Sequence record: OZ262643.1
Reading direction: 5' to 3' (one strand)
DNA: 32,000 nt
Made by a program: the position numbers and the translations under genes
In this document: positions 1-9,913 of the stretch, piece by piece
Position numbering within the stretch: position 1 is the first letter of the stretch
How the letters are laid out: every line of letters begins with the position of its first letter
Notes under the pieces: model-generated
Databases searched by the model: none
Seen by the model: only the letters and a program-made list of their open reading frames with translations
What the model was told of the DNA's origin: nothing

Positions 1-325
1 TATAGGCTAATCTTAAAAAATCGATATTACTTACACCAGCGATCTCAACTGGATACTGAAAACCTAAAAAAATGCCTTTATTTGATCTTATTTCTGGTTC
101 TTCATCTGTGATCTCTTCGTTGTTAAAAATTATTTGCCCTTGTGTGATTTTATACCTGGGGTGACCAGCTATTGTCTTAGCTAAGGTACTTTTCCCTGAA
201 CCATTTTTTCCCATGATTGCGTGAATTTCTCCTTTATTCATTGAAAAATTTAAATTTTTTATAATTGTCTTATTTTCAATATTAACCTGCAAATTTTTTA
301 TTTCTAGTATTTTTTGAGTATTCAT
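1..325 (-). CDS. sufC: Fe-S cluster assembly ATPase SufC (ycf16). The 5' part lies in this window and the gene continues past position 1.
   Basis: Minus-strand ATG at 325-323. Hand translation gives MNTQKILEIKNLQVNIENKTIIKNLNFSMNKGEIHAIMGKNGSGKSTLAKTIAGHPRYKITQG...FQYPVEIAGVSNIDFLRLAY, with a Walker A motif (GKNGSGKS). It sits 15 nt downstream of sufB on the same strand. Absent from the ORF track because no stop codon falls in the window. Confidence 0.9.
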   Translation of the reverse strand, partial: MNTQKILEIKNLQVNIENKTIIKNLNFSMNKGEIHAIMGKNGSGKSTLAKTIAGHPRYKITQGQIIFNNEEITDEEPEIRSNKGIFLGFQYPVEIAGVSNIDFLRLAY

Positions 326-340
326 AAATATTTGTATAGT

Positions 341-1795
341 TTAACCAATTGTTCCTTCTAGTTTTAAATTTAGTAAACGATCTGCTTCAACCGCAAATTC
401 CATAGGTAAGTTATTTAATATTTCTTTGCAAAAACCATTAATCATAAGACTTAATGCTTCTTCTATATTAATACCTCTCTGTAAAAAATAAAATATTTGT
501 TCTTCTCCTATTTTTGATGTTGAAGCTTCATGTTCAACTTTACAGTATGGATTTTTCACTTGTATATACGGAAAAGTATTAGCCTGACATTTATTTCCAA
601 GAACCAATGAATCACACTGCGAGTAGTTTTTAGAGTGGCTTGCCTTAATACCCATTTTTACAAGTCCCCTATAACTATTTATTGAATTACCTGCTGAAAT
701 ACCTTTTGAAATAATTTTACTTCTTGTATATTTTCCTATATGTATCATTTTACTGCCTGTATCAGCTTGTTGATAATTGTTTGTTAAAGCAATTGAAGAA
801 AATTCACCTATTGAGTAGTTTCCTAAGAGAATACAGCTAGGATATTTCCAAGTAATAGCAGATCCTGTTTCAACTTGTGTCCATAAAATTTTAGAATTAT
901 TACCTATACACATTCCTCTTTTAGTCACGAAATTATATATTCCACCATTGCCTTTATTATCACCAGAATACCAATTTTGTACAGTTGAATACTTAATAGT
1001 AGCATTTTCGAGTGCTATTAATTCTACTACTGCTGCATGCAATTGATTATTATCAAATTGCGGTGCGGTACATCCCTCTAAGTAACTAACGTAACTATTC
1101 GTATCCGCTATAATTAATGTTCTTTCAAATTGTCCTGATTCTTGATTGTTAATACGAAAATATGTCGATAATTCTAACGGACATTGAGTATTTGGTGGTA
1201 TATAACAGAAAGAGCCATCAGTAAATGTTGCGGAATTTAGTGCAGAATAAAAATTGTCACCTATCGGTACGACAGATCCTAAATATTTATTAATTAAGTT
1301 TGGATAAAGTTTAATAGCTTCCGTAATAGAGCAAAATATTACTCCTGAAGATGCTAATTCTTTTTTAAATGTAGTTGCTATGGATACACTGTCAAATACT
1401 GCATCTACTGCTACATTAGTTAGTCTTTTTTGTTCATCTAAAGATATGCCTAGTTTTTCAAAAGTATTAAGAATTTCAGGATCTACATCATCTAAACTAT
1501 TGATTTCTTTTTTATTTTTTGGTACAGAATAGTATATTATATTGTTATAGTTTATTGTATTGTAAAATAATTTACTCCATTCAGGTTCTTTCATTTTTAT
1601 CCATTTTTTGTATGCTTTTAACCTAAATTCGGTTAAATATGTAGGTTCATTTTTATTTTTAGATATAAGTTGAATAATTTGTAGATTTAATCCTCTAGGA
1701 AAATATTCCAGCTCAATCTTCGTATGAAATCCATATTGATAAGGTTTATTTATTAAGTTATCTAAATAACTGTTGGCAGTTATACTGTTACACAT
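341..1795 (-). CDS. sufB: Fe-S cluster assembly protein SufB (ycf24)
   Basis: 484-aa ORF with a typical SufB sequence (…[35 protein letters not shown]…[16 protein letters not shown]…[23 protein letters not shown]…). Immediately upstream of sufC. Confidence 0.95.
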   Translation of the reverse strand: MCNSITANSYLDNLINKPYQYGFHTKIELEYFPRGLNLQIIQLISKNKNEPTYLTEFRLKAYKKWIKMKEPEWSKLFYNTINYNNIIYYSVPKNKKEINSLDDVDPEILNTFEKLGISLDEQKRLTNVAVDAVFDSVSIATTFKKELASSGVIFCSITEAIKLYPNLINKYLGSVVPIGDNFYSALNSATFTDGSFCYIPPNTQCPLELSTYFRINNQESGQFERTLIIADTNSYVSYLEGCTAPQFDNNQLHAAVVELIALENATIKYSTVQNWYSGDNKGNGGIYNFVTKRGMCIGNNSKILWTQVETGSAITWKYPSCILLGNYSIGEFSSIALTNNYQQADTGSKMIHIGKYTRSKIISKGISAGNSINSYRGLVKMGIKASHSKNYSQCDSLVLGNKCQANTFPYIQVKNPYCKVEHEASTSKIGEEQIFYFLQRGINIEEALSLMINGFCKEILNNLPMEFAVEADRLLNLKLEGTIG

Positions 1796-1978
1796 ATAAT
1801 TGATGTATTTTGATTAATTTATTTTTTGTTTTATACATTATAGTTTATAAGATATCTCTTAGTTGCATAAGTGAAAATAAGAGATTAATCTGTCTGTTAA
1901 GTATTTATTATTGTATTAATTAAAGTGTCCATTTTTTATTTGATGTTATTTATTATTTAAAAAGTAATAATTATTTTT

Positions 1979-2782
1979 TTAATGATAAATTTGAAAATCA
2001 TTGAAATTTTTATAATTAATACCTCTATTCCATAATATTACACTATTATTATTCTGACTAGTTAGGAAAAATGAAAAGTATTTTTTGAGTACAATGCTCA
2101 GATTATTATTTTTAGTGCTTGTTAAATAGATATTTTTTATTTTGATGCTTAAACTTGTATCTCTTAAGCATAATTTAAATTCTTCTAAAAATATGTAACC
2201 TAAAACTAAATTAACTATATGTTCTTTATAGCTGCACTTATTTTGTTGTTTAGTAATATTTAAATAACTGATCATTGTCTCTAATACTGTTTCATATTTT
2301 GTACATAAGTAAAAAATACTGAGAATATTACTTGACAAAAAAAATAGATATATTAACCTAAATATACCTTTATTTATCGATAATAAGATATAATAATATA
2401 TTATAACTGTTTTATTTGTTTTTAAGGAGTTGCTATAAATACTTAAAAAGTATGGTATTGTTAACCTGGTAAATTGAATTTGATTAATGTAATTCTCTCC
2501 TTTATATTTCAATTGATCTATAAGAATGGTATAATTTATGAATATAGCCATAAATTTTGCTCTATTTAAGTTAAATTTATCTCTTGCTCTATATACAATA
2601 TTTATTTCTATACTTAAAGCAAGAAATAATATAAAGGTGAGGATTCTATAAGATCTAAGATAGGGTAAAAATAGTAAAGTACCGAATATATAATTAACTT
2701 TCGAAGATGATTTTAAATAGTGATACTCAGTTGTTGGGGAATATAAATATCTGCTTATAAATAGTCTATTTATATAAATCAT
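1979..2782 (-). CDS. Hypothetical multi-pass membrane protein (ORF267), family not recognised
   Basis: 267-aa open frame in sequence where AT-rich stop codons are frequent. Several hydrophobic segments (YIFGTLLFLPYL, ILTFILFLALSI, IIYYYILLSINKGIFRLIYLFFLSSNILSIFYL). Extreme I/N/K/Y composition. No motif I can name with confidence. Confidence 0.4.
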   Translation of the reverse strand: MIYINRLFISRYLYSPTTEYHYLKSSSKVNYIFGTLLFLPYLRSYRILTFILFLALSIEINIVYRARDKFNLNRAKFMAIFINYTILIDQLKYKGENYINQIQFTRLTIPYFLSIYSNSLKTNKTVIIYYYILLSINKGIFRLIYLFFLSSNILSIFYLCTKYETVLETMISYLNITKQQNKCSYKEHIVNLVLGYIFLEEFKLCLRDTSLSIKIKNIYLTSTKNNNLSIVLKKYFSFFLTSQNNNSVILWNRGINYKNFNDFQIYH

Positions 2783-2836
2783 TTGAAATATTGTATATAT
2801 TTAATTGTATTGTTAAATTTATTAATATAGTAGTAA

Positions 2837-2917
2837 GGGTAGATGGCGGAATTGGTATACGCATCATATTCAAAATATGACAACATAGTTATGAGGGTTC
2901 GAATCCCTCTCTACCTA
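2837..2917 (+). tRNA. trnL: tRNA-Leu(CAA), class II
   Basis: Hand-folded cloverleaf. Acceptor GGGTAGA/TCTACCT with G1-U72. Anticodon stem TCATA/TATGA with loop TTCAAAA. Long variable arm. T arm GAGGG-TTCGAAT-CCCTC. Confidence 0.85.
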
Positions 2918-3008
2918 TCTAAACTCTTTGTATATTACATTAATAATTTTCACAGTATGTTACACTAATTTAAATTATATCTAATTATACTATTATATTA
3001 AATATTCT

Positions 3009-3974
3009 ATGAGTCTATTAGTTGTTGGTAGTACGGGAACTTTGGGTAGGCAAATTGTACGAAAATCTTTACACGAAGGTTTTCAAGTGAAATGTTTAGT
3101 TAGAAATTTTCGTAGAGCCTCTTTTTTAAAAGAATGGGGAGCAGAATTAATCTACGGTGATTTAACTTTACCAGAAACAATTCCATTGGCTTTATGTGGA
3201 GTCACAGCAATTATTGATTGCTCAACTACCAGGCCTGATGATTTACGTAATATCGAGGTTATTGACTTAAAAGCGAAGTATATTTTAATTGAATCAGCTG
3301 TTAGAGCAAAAGTATCTCATTATATATTCTTTTCGATTTTAAATTCTAATAATTATAAAACCATTCCACTCGTTGTGTTAAAATTATTAGTTGAGTACCG
3401 TCTTAAAACTTCTCATTGTAGATATACTGTTTTTAATTTATCAGGATTTTTTCAAGGACTAATACCTCAATATGCTGTTCCTATATTGGATCAAGAGTCT
3501 GTGTGGATTACTAGTGAGTCTTCATCAATATCTTATATTAATACTCAAGATATTGCAAAAATTATAATTAAAAGTTTATCAATTTCACAGTTTATTAATA
3601 GAAGTTTACCTATTGTTGGTCTTAAGCCTTGGACTTCTTCTGCAATAATTGAGTTATGTGAGAAAGTTTCTGGTAAGCGTTCTAAAATTACTAAAGTTCC
3701 TATTTATTTACTTAGTTTAACTATGTATTTAACACGCTTCTTTCAATGGACATGGAATATTTCAGCCAGACTAGCTTTTACAGAAATGTTATCAAAAAAT
3801 CACACTTTAAATATATCGATGAAGGAAATTTTGTATATATTAAAATTAGATTTACAAGATATAGAATCATTAGAAAATTATTTACAGGAATACTTTAAGC
3901 GTATAATGAAAAAACTTAAAGAGTTAAATTATGAAGTACTGAATGATCAAAGTTTTGATAAAACGAATTTTTAA
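3009..3974 (+). CDS. ycf39: Ycf39, NAD(P)-binding NmrA/SDR-like protein
   Basis: N-terminal Rossmann motif VVGSTGTLGRQIVRKSLHEGFQVKCLVRN…FLKEWGAELIYGDL, characteristic of plastid and cyanobacterial ycf39. 321 aa. Confidence 0.8.
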   Translation: MSLLVVGSTGTLGRQIVRKSLHEGFQVKCLVRNFRRASFLKEWGAELIYGDLTLPETIPLALCGVTAIIDCSTTRPDDLRNIEVIDLKAKYILIESAVRAKVSHYIFFSILNSNNYKTIPLVVLKLLVEYRLKTSHCRYTVFNLSGFFQGLIPQYAVPILDQESVWITSESSSISYINTQDIAKIIIKSLSISQFINRSLPIVGLKPWTSSAIIELCEKVSGKRSKITKVPIYLLSLTMYLTRFFQWTWNISARLAFTEMLSKNHTLNISMKEILYILKLDLQDIESLENYLQEYFKRIMKKLKELNYEVLNDQSFDKTNF

Positions 3975-6327
3975 TTGCACTTTATTTTTATAAATATAAG
4001 ATCTGATTAAAGTTGTCATTAATCTTAACATCTTCAGAGAGAATAACATATAGAAAATTATAACAATTTTCTTCAATTAAAGAAGGTTCTATTTTTTTTA
4101 ACCTATTTAAATTACATGATAGTGTTATAAGATTACTAAAAGAAACTCTTCTTTAATATAAGGTTGTATCTGTCCAAATATTTGTTTATTTTTTTGAATT
4201 TTCCTTTCTTTATACTATATTAAATTTTTATATTTAATACAATCACGATATAGGTTATAACTGTCGTAAATCATATAAAAGTTATGTACATTATATGTTG
4301 TTACAGTTTGTTTTTTTATATTAATTATTTTGTATTTATTTTTATAGCTCTACCTACGTGCTTACTATGTTTATATATTTTAGCTAAATCAAATCATCTT
4401 ATGGTTTTTAGTATCTATGCTAATGTCATTGTTATCACATCTCATTTTGGCAGTCATATTGAGCCTATTCGTTATATTGTGAAACATTTTAATTTTTAGC
4501 ATGATCAACTAGATTGTTACTAAATTTTTAAGAAATGTAGCTAATTGTGTTACTAATACTGCTTCATGTTTTTTTGATACTGGTTGCTTACTTTCTCGTT
4601 TTTGTTTTATGTTCTATCAATAAAAGAATAAGAACAAATTAAATACAAGGCACGGTAATACGAAATATTTTTGCTGAACTAATACAGTTCAGTGCACTTA
4701 TCCAAAATATATAAGGTTCTATGTTTATTAATGGTTTATGAGATAGAATACTACATTCTTTAGATCTTTTCTTGATCTATTGATGAGCTGTTTGAATTTC
4801 TATAGTTTTTTATTATTTTTATAATTTGTTTCTTATAAGAATTAGGTTTGTATTAGAAGAAAGTTAAATTAATTGACATGAATCTTTGTCTAGTACATAA
4901 AAAAATACTTGAATAAAATATTAAATTAATGTTAGAACAAATAAAAAATGAGTACCTTGTACCATCCAAATATATTAAATTACGTTTTAGGTATAAAATG
5001 CCTAGTACACAAATTGAAGTACTGACTGTTGTTTTAGTAATGACACATGGTGAATCATCAACTATAATTATCTACCATTTTTTCATTGCTGTCTTTAAAA
5101 ATATTCTTACAACGTTTTTGCTCCTACACAGTTCTTCTGTATGATGGGAAATTGTCAGTATCGTATATCCTCCTAAAAAAAATAAGAAGGCTGATTTACT
5201 TAAATTACCTCTATAAGAAGTATAGAGATATGTTGATAAAGAATGTGTTCTGCAGAATTTAAGAACACTGTAAATGACAATCTGTTTGAGAGGAAGACCA
5301 CTACCAAGTCAACTTAAATCACATGGTATAGATGTTGTTAAAACACCTTCGGAGAACCAATAATACCGATTATGGGATTTGCAGATATTCAATAATATAG
5401 GTAAAGAAAAAATAAATACTTAAAAAATGTGGTTAGCTTGTATGCTAAACATATTATTATTCATATGGCATGGCTGCAGATAGAAGTATTGTAAATATAA
5501 AACAACTAGGTAGGAATTTATGTGAATAAAGTATGCTAGATAATTACGATAGGAATTATCTTAATTTAGGCAAAACAACCAACAATATCTTGTATATATA
5601 TATAGCGAAAAGGATGTCTTGATGAAAAGATTTGAAACATAGATTGGAGAACAATTAACGGAAGGTATTAATTTAATTTATCTAATACATAAGGAAATGC
5701 TAGGAATAACATTGCAATTATTTATTTTGAAGATGCAGAATAGTTTTATAAAGATTAAATATTTCACAAATATCTTAGTTCTTGTTGACACATTTACCTG
5801 AAAAAGTATTCTTATCACCTTTAACAACACTTATTCAGTAAATAAATATGAAAAAATTAAAGGGTCTATAAAAAAATATTAATTATAAATAAACTTAAAC
5901 GAGAAGCATTAAATAGTTTTGTAGTTGTTAGATAAACTTTAGTCAAGTATAATAGTAAAATTAACTGATTTATAAAGAGATCATGAGTATTTGTTATGTA
6001 TAATTACTACATTTAACGCGATACGATGATTTAATATATGATCTTGAAAAAACTAGCTTAATATATTTAAATTAAGAACATTGTGCTAGTAATTATGATA
6101 TGTTTCTACATTTTGAAATATATACGAAATATTAACAGAACTGTGGAATTAAATGATCATATAAAAGTTACAAAAGGTATACAGCAAAGGCAGATCAAAG
6201 GAAACTACTATTTTTTTTATATATAAAGTTATAATTATTAAAATAACTTTTAATTTTACTGAATAATTATTATTTTTGATGTATATTAATTGAAAATATT
6301 TTATTTTATACCTTAAAGTCACCTATC

Positions 6328-6444
6328 ATGTTAACATTAAAAATTTTAGTATATACAACAGTGGTATTTTTTGTCTCTCTATTTTTCTTTGGCTTCCTCT
6401 CTAATGATCCTTCCCGCAATCCAAATAGAAAAGATTTAGAATAA
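6328..6444 (+). CDS. psbI: Photosystem II reaction-centre protein I
   Basis: Hand translation [38 protein letters not shown] (38 aa) matches the near-invariant PsbI sequence. Too short for the ORF track. Confidence 0.93.
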   Translation: MLTLKILVYTTVVFFVSLFFFGFLSNDPSRNPNRKDLE

Positions 6445-6535
6445 TATATTTTAAAGTTTAATAAAAATATAGCAGTTTAGGGTTAAAGTATTAAATTGCT
6501 ATATCGTGAGTTATCTTATAAGAAATGTTTGAATT

Positions 6536-6976
6536 CTATTGATCTACTTTGATATATGAAGTTATAATTATTCCTGAATAACTATATCTATGTTTGTTTT
6601 TTAATATTCCTATCGAAAACATCAACTTTGTATTGATTAAATATATATATTCTTCATAATAGTATTTATTTTTAATGGTAGCATAATTTACTTTAATTAA
6701 ACCATTGTCAACCTGCTGAAAGGTAGTTGGAGTGGTTCTATTTGAGTTATTGATTTTATAAACTTCTAATAGTTTATGTGATGGGATATTTTTTATATTC
6801 ATTTCAATATTATTTCTATTGTTATTAGTTATCCAATTCGTCTCATGAATTTTAGTAGTAATAATATTAAGTTCTCTTAGATATGATTTTTGTTTTTTTG
6901 TTTTCAATAGGTAAATATTATTTTGTGCAAACCATTTACCTGCAATAGATTCAGTAAAAAAATTGATTGTTGACAT
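6536..6976 (-). CDS. ycf58: CpcS/CpeS-type (ycf58-like) phycobiliprotein lyase family protein, divergent
   Basis: 146 aa. The N-terminus MSTINFFTESIAGKWFAQNN resembles the FF..S.GKW.SQR signature of the CpcS/CpeS (DUF1001) family, and the size fits. Identified from recalled motifs only. Confidence 0.5.
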   Translation of the reverse strand: MSTINFFTESIAGKWFAQNNIYLLKTKKQKSYLRELNIITTKIHETNWITNNNRNNIEMNIKNIPSHKLLEVYKINNSNRTTPTTFQQVDNGLIKVNYATIKNKYYYEEYIYLINTKLMFSIGILKNKHRYSYSGIIITSYIKVDQ

Positions 6977-7129
6977 AATTATGTTATGGATAATGATTGT
7001 ATCATCTTATTTTTAATTTAAGTACTATAAGTTATGAAAAATTTTAGAGTTTTGTAAACAATATACGTATTTATTTTACATTTCATGGTTAAAATTTGAA
7101 ATAACAAATTTTATTACCAATCAAGAAAC

Positions 7130-7966
7130 ATGAAATACTGGAATTTAAAAAAAATTAATCAATTAGCTTTCGAAAAAACTAGTATAATACCGAATTCAAT
7201 GAGTAAATTGTTTGAACGATTTAAACAAGAATTGAATCCTAATGCTGAAGTTGAAGCTATAGAAGAATTTAAAGTAGCTAAATACCAAACACTTACATCT
7301 GTTCGTTATATACTTATTTTACTTGTAATGCCCATTTTAGTGAATCAAATTTCAAAAACTTTCTTATTGAATCCAATAGTTAATCATTTTTGGAATAAAA
7401 ATAGTTCATATATTTTTATTAATCACTCTCAGGAAGAAAGAGCTTTTGCAGATTTACAACGTTTTGAAGAGAAGTTACATTTTGAACTATTGATAGGTAA
7501 ATTAGATTCTGTGTCATTAGAATTAGCCCAACAAAGTGTTTCTGATAAAGCATTAGAAATAGCTTTAGAATATTCTAAAGAAAGCGCAAGTGCTATTAAA
7601 AATATTTTAGCTGATTTAATGTCGATTATTATCTTTGTGTCTATTTTAATTCTTAATAAAAGGCAATTTTCAATCTTAAGATCATTTATCAATGAATCTA
7701 TTTATGGTTTAAGTGACACTGCAAAAGCGTTCCTAATTATTCTATTTACGGATATTTTTGTTGGGTTCCATTCACCTCACGGATGGGAAATAGTAATTGA
7801 AGCTATTTTAAGACATTTAGGGCTACCTGAAAGTAGAGATTTTATTTTTATATTTATATCTACTTTTCCTGTTATTCTTGACACAATTTTTAAATACTGG
7901 ATATTTAGATATTTAAATAAAATATCTCCTTCTGCCGTAGCTACATACCATAATATGAATGAATAG
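7130..7966 (+). CDS. cemA: Envelope membrane protein CemA (ycf10)
   Basis: 278 aa. The C-terminal block …FHSPHGWEIVIEAILRHLGLPESRDFIFIFISTFPVILDTIFKYWIFRYLNKISPSAVATYHNMNE is the conserved CemA core. Confidence 0.9.
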   Translation: MKYWNLKKINQLAFEKTSIIPNSMSKLFERFKQELNPNAEVEAIEEFKVAKYQTLTSVRYILILLVMPILVNQISKTFLLNPIVNHFWNKNSSYIFINHSQEERAFADLQRFEEKLHFELLIGKLDSVSLELAQQSVSDKALEIALEYSKESASAIKNILADLMSIIIFVSILILNKRQFSILRSFINESIYGLSDTAKAFLIILFTDIFVGFHSPHGWEIVIEAILRHLGLPESRDFIFIFISTFPVILDTIFKYWIFRYLNKISPSAVATYHNMNE

Positions 7967-8057
7967 TGAACTGTTTACTTTTTTTGTTTTTTTTAGTAAT
8001 ATTGGATTAATTTTAAATATGCATCTGTGGCCGAGAGGCCGAAGGCAGCGGACTCAT

Positions 8058-9913
8058 GTGCGACCCGTTTTTAGGTGTTAGAAGTTCAATTAAATAATTG
8101 GCCTACTAGCTAACTAAAGAGAGTACAAAGATAACTTACGTACTTAATTAACTATATTTTTTTGTCAGTAAAATCTGTCTATTCAGAATCATGAATATAA
8201 TTGTTTAGTTAATTTAAATGTATATTAGCCTTAAGTACTTTTAAATAAAGCAGACTAAACAAACAATTGATACGACTAGCAAAACGAACCTTTGTATAAA
8301 GTATTAGCATCAAACATTTGATAACCATTTGTTTTAATGAGTTCATCAAATTTTTGTCCTTAAACTTAATTATTATGAGTTAATTTAAGTATGATTTTTA
8401 AGAGTGGCATCTAATATATAGAATGGAGTCTAAGTCAATAATTAATAAAAATATGGAACGGGGTAACTAGATAGTATTTTTATATTACTAAGTATATTAA
8501 CTATAAATAGTATATAAACAATTATGAGGCAACAACAACAATATTATTTATATAATATTAGATAAAAGCTATCTAGAAAGAAGCAATAAAAAAGCTATAC
8601 AATTACTTGTTAGCTAACATATTGTACTTATGAAATAATTGAACTAAGTTTACATCAATAATAAGAAACAGTATATATAGTAAGTATAATTAAATATACA
8701 AATTAGATCTAAATTGGCAAACATTAATAATTATTCGCAAAAAATTTTTTTTGAAAGAATAAATTTACGTATATTAATGATACAAAAAAATATATATCTA
8801 GCTGCTAAAAAACATGATTTCAGATATGTTCATGAGCTACAAAAATATTTAATCAATTCTAATGATGCTAAAGTAATTTGTTTAAAACATATTTTAGATG
8901 AGAGTAATAATCAATATAGAGAATTGAAAAATTATAAAATATTTTCAAAAGGACATATTAATTCTCATACTATCAATTTACTTTTAGAAAGATATTTATT
9001 AGTTCATAAAAATACATTATTAATTAATAGGCAAATTAAAAATCATTTAATGTATTTATGTATTACACCAGTTAATAAAGCTAAATTTAAAAGCACACAC
9101 TATGTATCTAAATATTTAAATGAAAGTAATAGTAATTATACAAAACAACTGATATATTTTTATAATAATTATAAATATGGTTTCTCTAAATTGATTGTTA
9201 ATAGATTAAATTCATTTAAATATATTAATACATTGGTAATTAGTTGGATATACTCAAAAAATATTTACTCACTATTCACTATAGACTCTATAAACTTTCA
9301 AAAAAAAATATTACGTAAGTTTCATAAAGTAGATAATTTAGTATTAAATTCTTTACTCATAGATACATTTTGGCTATTTTTTCGAGCACAAATAAAAAAG
9401 AATTATAATAACGGATTAGTCAACATAGTTAATATAAATAGGAATATTGCTTACTATAAAAATACAATAAAAGAGAATAAACTATCTAATTTTAGTAAGC
9501 AATTTAGTAACTTTTTGGGTGAAAAAATATATAAAAAACTGAAACTAATTTATATATTAAATTATAATATAAAATTTATAAATGACTTAGTAAAAAGGTA
9601 TTTGAAATACTATCAAGAGTTTCATCTATTTGCTTCACATCATTTATTAAAATACAATAATGTTTTTATTAATATTTTTTTATACACCTATTATAATAGA
9701 AGACAAGAGAATATTTTGAATCTTTTTCTAAGACTAATTGAATTCAATTACTTTTTCAATGTTTTAATCTATTATTATAATATATTGAATTTTTATATTT
9801 TCAAATTATTGCTGTAAACTTTGTCAAAAATTTTTCGTAGGTGGTAGCCGTATGAAGTGAAAGTTTCATGTACGGTTTTGTACGAGGGATTTTAAATAAA
9901 AATCTACTCTAAT
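8058..9913 (+). mobile_element. Group II intron (1856 nt) with an ORF in domain IV
   Basis: 5' end GTGCGAC matches the GUGYG consensus. Candidate EBS1 ATGAGT (8337-8342) is the exact complement of the last 6 exon-1 nt, ACTCAT (8052-8057). Domain V lies at about 9845-9878 (TAGCCGTATGAAGTGAAAGTTTCATGTACGGTTT, with the AGC triad and a GAAA loop). Domain VI has a bulged A at 9906, 7 nt before the 3' end …CTAAT (AY). Confidence 0.9.
8714..9817 (+). CDS. Intron-encoded protein, a degenerate reverse-transcriptase/maturase-like ORF
   Basis: 367-aa ORF lying wholly inside the intron and ending 27 nt before domain V. The N-terminus ERINLRILMIQKNIYLAAKKHDFRYVHELQKYLINSNDAKVICLKHIL resembles the RT-0 block of group II intron RTs (W..v...V..LQ.RI.kA...g....v..LQ.lL..S..a). 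I see no Y/F-x-DD catalytic motif, and the ORF is short relative to the roughly 550-600 aa I recall for intact intron RTs. The apparent start is TTG. Confidence 0.6.
   Translation: MANINNYSQKIFFERINLRILMIQKNIYLAAKKHDFRYVHELQKYLINSNDAKVICLKHILDESNNQYRELKNYKIFSKGHINSHTINLLLERYLLVHKNTLLINRQIKNHLMYLCITPVNKAKFKSTHYVSKYLNESNSNYTKQLIYFYNNYKYGFSKLIVNRLNSFKYINTLVISWIYSKNIYSLFTIDSINFQKKILRKFHKVDNLVLNSLLIDTFWLFFRAQIKKNYNNGLVNIVNINRNIAYYKNTIKENKLSNFSKQFSNFLGEKIYKKLKLIYILNYNIKFINDLVKRYLKYYQEFHLFASHHLLKYNNVFINIFLYTYYNRRQENILNLFLRLIEFNYFFNVLIYYYNILNFYIFKLLL

Noticed and set aside
4284-5144. Two 71-aa track ORFs (4284-4499 and 4929-5144, plus strand) in the long ycf39-psbI gap.
   Set aside because: Composition is dominated by F/I/L/Y/C from AT-rich codons. 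There is no Shine-Dalgarno and no recognisable motif. I treat them as chance frames or remnants (see the finding on the whole region) rather than as genes.
5274-5363. A 29-aa mini-ORF MTICLRGRPLPSQLKSHGIDVVKTPSENQ whose 'RGRP' looked like a resolvase or HTH remnant.
   Set aside because: It is far too short and the motif is non-specific. It cannot be supported without a database search.
7429-7692. Antisense or overlapping track ORFs inside confirmed genes: 7429-7692 (cemA), 11151-11348 (psaL), 15414-15596 (cbbX), 16556-16786 (ycf34), 17204-17413 (ilvH), 17875-18099 (infC), 23910-24095 (cpeB), 27158-27352 (psaK), 31608-31808 (gltB).
   Set aside because: Each lies within or across a strongly supported conserved gene, on the opposite strand or in an alternative frame, and has no recognisable motifs. 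They are typical shadow ORFs.
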